Below, piece by piece: positions 26,429 through 32,000 of a DNA stretch of 32,000 nucleotides. Position 1 is the first letter of the stretch, and each line of letters begins with the position of its first letter. The DNA lies in NCBI RefSeq assembly GCF_000195975.1, contig NC_005070.1, positions 2,220,001 through 2,252,000 on the forward strand, in the 5' to 3' direction. Below the pieces are notes generated by a model, which was not told the origin of the DNA, made no database searches, and was given only the letters and a program-made list of their open reading frames with translations. Origin of the DNA: Parasynechococcus marenigrum WH 8102. Its GTDB lineage: Bacteria > Cyanobacteriota > Cyanobacteriia > PCC-6307 > Cyanobiaceae. The translations under genes were made by a program, and so were the position numbers.

Positions 26429-29131
26429 TTACTCCAGGGGCTCAAACTCCAGCGACGCGCCGTCGTCTGTTCCGCAACGAACACGGATGCCATGCGCCGA
26501 GCGGAAACGCTCCTCAAGCAATTGCGTGGCCAATGGGTTCTCCAGCTGACGCCGCAACACCCGTCGCAACGGTCGGGCGCCGTACTCCGGTTCATGGCCC
26601 TGACGGGCCAGGGAGTCCGCCACTGCATCATCCACCTCCAGCGACAGACCTTGTTCAGCCATGAGGGTGGAGAGATCAGCCAGCTGCAGCCGCACGATCC
26701 GCACCAGATCCTTCACCTTTAAGGGTCGGAAACGGATCACTTCATCAATGCGGTTGAGGAATTCGGGGCGGAACTGACTGGACAGGGCCGCATCCACCTG
26801 CTGCTGCAGCTGGGCGTCATCGCTGGAGCCGGAACGGGCGTGTTCAAGGATCACCGGACTGGCCAGGTTGCTGGTCATCACCACCACGGTGTGGCGGAAA
26901 TCAACGGTCAGTCCCTGGGAATCGGTGAGGCGGCCATCGTCGAGAACCTGCAACAGCAGATTGAACACATCCGGGTGAGCCTTTTCCACCTCATCCAGCA
27001 GCAGCACGGCGTAGGGGCGCCGACGCACCGCCTCCGTGAGCTGCCCCCCCTCCTCGTATCCGACATAGCCCGGTGGTGCACCGATCAAACGCGCGGAGGC
27101 GTTGCGCTCCATGAACTCGCTCATGTCGAGGCGCACCAGCGCCTCCTCCTCATCGAACAGGGAGGTGGCCAGCGCTTTGGCCAACTCCGTTTTGCCGACC
27201 CCCGTCGGGCCAAGGAACAGGAACGAACCCACAGGACGGCGGGGATCCTTCATCCCGGCCCGCGCCCGCCGGATCGCTGCCGCGACGGCGGCCACCGCTT
27301 CCACCTGGCCGATGACCCGCTCGGACAGGTGACTTTCCAGGGCCAGCAGCTTGCGGCGTTCGCCCGCCAAGAGGCGCTGCACCGGAATACCGGTCCAACG
27401 GGCCACCAGATCAGCGATGTCTCCCGCTTCCACCTGTTCCCGCAGCAGCGCTGTACCCGCTGACTGCGCCTCAGCCTGACTGGCTTCCAACGCCTCCCGC
27501 CGCTGTTGAACAGTGTGCAGCTGGTCGTACTGCAACCGAGCCGCCTCCTCGAGAGCGCCCTCCCGTTCCGCTTCAGCGATGGCGTGACGCAGGTCTTCGT
27601 CCTGCTGCAGCAACTGGCCAAGCTCCTCCAACTGCGTGCGCTCTTCCTGCCATCGGCGGCGTAGGTCGTCCAGGCGGGAGGACACCTCCAAACGTTGACG
27701 CTGCAGCTGAATCCGCTCCTCTTCCGGTGCCTCTTCCGCCGCCAGCAGCGCCAGTTCCACCCGCCGAAGATCCGCTTCAGCCTCCTCCACCACTTGGGGT
27801 TTGGAGGTGACTTCGATCTTCAGCTGGGCCGCCGCCTCATCAATCAGATCAATCGCCTTGTCCGGCAGGCAACGGTCGCTGATGTAGCGATCCGCCAGCC
27901 GATTGGCGGTCTGAATCGCCTCATCGGTGATCGTGACGCCGTGGTGTAGCTCGTAGCGCTCCCGCAGGCCGCGCAGGATCTCCAGGCTGAGCTCGAGGTC
28001 CGGCTCGCGAATCAGCACCTGCTGAAAGCGCCGGTTAAGGGCGGGATCCTTTTCCACCGTCCGCCGGTATTCCTCCGGCGTCGTCGCACCGATGCAACGC
28101 AGATCCCCTCGCGCCAGGGCGGGTTTGAGCAGGCTGCCCGCATCGGTGCTGCTGCGGTCACTGCCCACCACGGTATGGAGCTCGTCGATGAACAGCACCA
28201 CCCCCGAATCCGAGCGACTCACCTCCTCCAACACTGAGCGCAGGCGTTCCTCGAACTGACCGCGGAATTTGGCCCCGGCGATCAGGGCGCCAAGGTCAAG
28301 GGCAATCAGTCGCAGCCCCTGCAGGGAATCCGGCACCTCTCCAGCCACAATCCGCTGGGCCAGAAGCTCGGCGATGGCCGTCTTGCCGACGCCGGGTTCC
28401 CCGATCAGCACCGGGTTGTTTTTGCTGCGGCGGGAGAGCACCTTGATCAGGTTGCGGATCTCGCTGTCGCGACCGATCACCGGATCAAGCGACCCCGCTT
28501 CAGCCTCCTCAGTCAGATCCCGGCCATAGGCCTCAAGCGCTGACGGCTCCCGCTCCAGTTCAACCATCGGCTCCGGCTCCGGTGCCATCACGCGGGGGGC
28601 AGGAGCTGATCGAGGCGTTGGGGCTGGGGCCGATGCTGCGGTTGGGACTGGTGGTGGTGCTGGGGCCGGAGAAACCGACGGCTGACGCAACAGACTCTCC
28701 AGCCGATCAACAGCCAGACCCTGGGCTGCAAACAACTCGGCACCGATGCGGGGATCAGCGCCGACGGCGACGATCAGCTGGGGCACATCAATCGAGCGAT
28801 CGCCCCAGCGACCTCGCACTTGATCGGCGGTCTCCAACAGCTGCTCGAGGTCCTCACCGATGAACAACTGATCACCCCGCGCCGGAGGCTGATCCGCCAG
28901 CACATCCTCCAAGCGATCGAGAAGATCGTCAGAGCGCAACGGCAGCGGCTCCACCCAGCGACGGAAGGATGAATCGCTGAACAGCACCTGGATCAGATGC
29001 TCCACATCCAGCTGATCGTGGCGCCAGCGACGGGCCATGTCCTGACCAGCCAGCAGCAGCTCCCAGGCGGGATCGGAAAAACGGTCAGGCTCGTGGGTGA
29101 GGCTGCCGCGGGAAGCGGGGGTGCCGGTCAT
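26429..29131 (-). CDS. clpB: ATP-dependent chaperone ClpB (Hsp100 disaggregase), long form with Pro/Ala-rich linker
   Basis: 900 aa. It has a Clp-N domain, NBD1 ([10 protein letters not shown], Walker B VLFIDELH), a long coiled-coil middle domain and NBD2 ([31 protein letters not shown]). The ATG overlaps the gloA stop. Confidence 0.95.
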   Translation of the reverse strand: MTGTPASRGSLTHEPDRFSDPAWELLLAGQDMARRWRHDQLDVEHLIQVLFSDSSFRRWVEPLPLRSDDLLDRLEDVLADQPPARGDQLFIGEDLEQLLETADQVRGRWGDRSIDVPQLIVAVGADPRIGAELFAAQGLAVDRLESLLRQPSVSPAPAPPPVPTAASAPAPTPRSAPAPRVMAPEPEPMVELEREPSALEAYGRDLTEEAEAGSLDPVIGRDSEIRNLIKVLSRRSKNNPVLIGEPGVGKTAIAELLAQRIVAGEVPDSLQGLRLIALDLGALIAGAKFRGQFEERLRSVLEEVSRSDSGVVLFIDELHTVVGSDRSSTDAGSLLKPALARGDLRCIGATTPEEYRRTVEKDPALNRRFQQVLIREPDLELSLEILRGLRERYELHHGVTITDEAIQTANRLADRYISDRCLPDKAIDLIDEAAAQLKIEVTSKPQVVEEAEADLRRVELALLAAEEAPEEERIQLQRQRLEVSSRLDDLRRRWQEERTQLEELGQLLQQDEDLRHAIAEAEREGALEEAARLQYDQLHTVQQRREALEASQAEAQSAGTALLREQVEAGDIADLVARWTGIPVQRLLAGERRKLLALESHLSERVIGQVEAVAAVAAAIRRARAGMKDPRRPVGSFLFLGPTGVGKTELAKALATSLFDEEEALVRLDMSEFMERNASARLIGAPPGYVGYEEGGQLTEAVRRRPYAVLLLDEVEKAHPDVFNLLLQVLDDGRLTDSQGLTVDFRHTVVVMTSNLASPVILEHARSGSSDDAQLQQQVDAALSSQFRPEFLNRIDEVIRFRPLKVKDLVRIVRLQLADLSTLMAEQGLSLEVDDAVADSLARQGHEPEYGARPLRRVLRRQLENPLATQLLEERFRSAHGIRVRCGTDDGASLEFEPLE

Positions 29132-29526
29132 GCAGCGGCGCGGGAGGACATCTCGATCAACTCCACCTTGTAGCCGTCAGGGTCCTCCACGAAGGCAATC
29201 ACCGTGGAACCATGCTTCATCGGCCCCGGCTCTCGCACCACCCGGCCGCCCTTACCGCTGATGGCGGCACAGGTGCTGCGAATGTCTTCTACCCCGAGGG
29301 CGATGTGGCCGTAGGCATCCCCCAGCTCGTAGGAGCTGGTGTCCCAGTTGTGGGTGAGCTCCAGCACCGTCTGCTCTGACTCCGGCCCGTAACCCAGGAA
29401 GGCCAGGGTGAAGCGTCCACTGGGGTACTCCTTGCGGCGCAGCAGCTTCATGCCGAGCACATCGGTGTAGAAGGCAATGGAGCGGTCCAGATCCCCGACC
29501 CGGAGCATGGTGTGGAGCATCCGCAT
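29128..29526 (-). CDS. gloA: lactoylglutathione lyase (glyoxalase I)
   Basis: Internal ATG (ORF residue 112) giving [47 protein letters not shown]...LELTHNWD...[10 protein letters not shown]...[23 protein letters not shown]. The upstream part of the ORF is antisense to eno. Confidence 0.93.
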   Translation of the reverse strand: MRMLHTMLRVGDLDRSIAFYTDVLGMKLLRRKEYPSGRFTLAFLGYGPESEQTVLELTHNWDTSSYELGDAYGHIALGVEDIRSTCAAISGKGGRVVREPGPMKHGSTVIAFVEDPDGYKVELIEMSSRAAA

Positions 29527-29610
29527 GGGGCGCGGTTTCCTGACGTGAACGTTTAAGCATTCTGGCCGGGTGCCAACGGTCACAATGCGAGAGCAGGGGG
29601 CGACCCATAA

Positions 29611-30930
<1,320 letters not shown>

Positions 30931-30945
30931 TCACCAGACCTGTCG

Positions 30946-32000
30946 TCAGCGATTGGAGCCAGGCAGTTGCTCCAGTCGCTGATCACGGCGCATGCGCACC
31001 TGCATCTGGAACCAACCCATCCCCACCGGGACTGCTGCTGCTGCAGGAAGCAGAGCCCAGAGAGGTCGCACGCTGGCACCAACAATGGCGGCGGAGAGTG
31101 CCAAGCAACCCAGCAGTACCGACTGACCGATCGATTGCTGCGCCAGGGTCATTCGGCGGAACTGGCGATCGGATTCACCCAGTCGCACCTGCAGCTGCAG
31201 ATCACCCTGCTCCAACCGCTCAAGGCTCTCGTCCAGACGGCGTGGAAGGGCAGCAGCACGACTGCTCAACGCTCCAACCTGGCGTCCAAGTTCATTGAAC
31301 AGGTCGTTGGAGCCTGATCCGCTCGACGTCATCAGAGGAAGGAGGTAAGGCTTAGCGATCCCCACCAAACTAAAAGCCGGATCGAGGCTGCGGCCGACGC
31401 CCTCGAAAGTGGACAATGCCCGCATTACGAAGATCAGCTCCACCGGCAGACGAAACGGCTGGCCGTACACGAGGTCGTAGAGGTCACCGGAAAGCTTGTC
31501 GATCACATTGCTGCTGAAAGGAGGTGTGAGGGCTTCATTCAGCATCAGACGCACCAACCGGCGCACCGGGCCCACATCAATTTCTTTGGAGATCACACCT
31601 GCCGCCTGCATCTCATCCACCAGCGCGGCTGAATCGCGTGCAGCAGCTGCTCTCACCATCGACCCAAGACGACGGCGCAGACCATCCGACAACAACCCCA
31701 TCATCCCGAAGTCGTAGTAGATGAGAGCACCGTCGCTGGCCACCGCCAGGTTTCCGGGATGGGGATCAGCGTGAAAGAAACCAAAGCGCACCAGCTGCTT
31801 GAGATAACTGGCGGCCCCGATTTCCGCCACGGCAGAAGGGTCGACGCCGGCCTCCACCAGCGCCTCCCGGTCGTTGACCTTGATCCCCGGTAGGTAATCC
31901 AGGCAAAGCACCCGGCGGGTGCTCTGTTCCCAGATCACGGCGGGGATACGAATGCGTTCGTCATCGAGAAACTGTTGACGGAACCGAGCGGCGTATTGCG
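30946..32000 (-). CDS. ABC1/UbiB-family atypical kinase, C-terminal ~350 codons (5' end beyond the right edge)
   Basis: The frame stays open upstream of the listed start to base 32000 (QYAARFRQQFLDDERIRIPAVIWEQSTRRVLCLDYLPGIK). It contains FFHADPHPGNL...G.LIYYDFGMMG, the ABC1 kinase catalytic core, and C-terminal TM helices. Confidence 0.88.
   Translation of the reverse strand, partial: QYAARFRQQFLDDERIRIPAVIWEQSTRRVLCLDYLPGIKVNDREALVEAGVDPSAVAEIGAASYLKQLVRFGFFHADPHPGNLAVASDGALIYYDFGMMGLLSDGLRRRLGSMVRAAAARDSAALVDEMQAAGVISKEIDVGPVRRLVRLMLNEALTPPFSSNVIDKLSGDLYDLVYGQPFRLPVELIFVMRALSTFEGVGRSLDPAFSLVGIAKPYLLPLMTSSGSGSNDLFNELGRQVGALSSRAAALPRRLDESLERLEQGDLQLQVRLGESDRQFRRMTLAQQSIGQSVLLGCLALSAAIVGASVRPLWALLPAAAAVPVGMGWFQMQVRMRRDQRLEQLPGSNR

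Overview
This window is a high-GC (about 60% or more) picocyanobacterial chromosome segment. Gene content and order look like marine Synechococcus/Cyanobium, for example the secE-nusG-rplKAJL cluster, DUF3747, a pentapeptide-repeat protein and an ABC1 kinase. It is densely packed, and almost all of it is core housekeeping. Left to right the genes are: argS (partial), nadC, an NCS2-type permease, mnmE, DUF2062, spoT/rel, a duplicated ABC ATPase, a usp-rbgA-rluD operon, pgk, two small exported hypotheticals, a beta-hydroxyacid dehydrogenase, murG, a cobD-like aminotransferase, a pentapeptide-repeat protein, pyrD, rnhA, DUF3747, rplL-rplJ-rplA-rplK-nusG-secE, clpB, gloA, eno and an ABC1 kinase (partial). 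I recognised no rRNA, tRNA, CRISPR array, IS element or transposase, and no convincing multi-gene defence or novel system. Two loci stand out. The first is a roughly 1.5 kb low-GC islet (18405-19925) between the pentapeptide gene and pyrD. It carries an orphan, N-terminally truncated secretin-domain gene, a possibly frameshifted upstream ORF and a 251-bp AT-rich spacer. The second is the spacer upstream of the rplL terminator (22619-22892). It holds a candidate plus-strand small RNA that starts with the exact complement of the cyanobacterial Yfr1 core motif and ends in a strong bidirectional intrinsic terminator. Lesser observations are an rplJ leader with a perfect 12-bp stem abutting the start codon, a likely non-canonical mnmE start, an RNase HI C-terminal extension, a Pro/Ala-rich ClpB linker and several ATGA-coupled gene junctions. 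Many long ORFs in the six-frame track are antisense artefacts of the high GC content and were rejected. The track translates GTG and TTG starts as M, so several ORF starts were trimmed to conserved N-termini.
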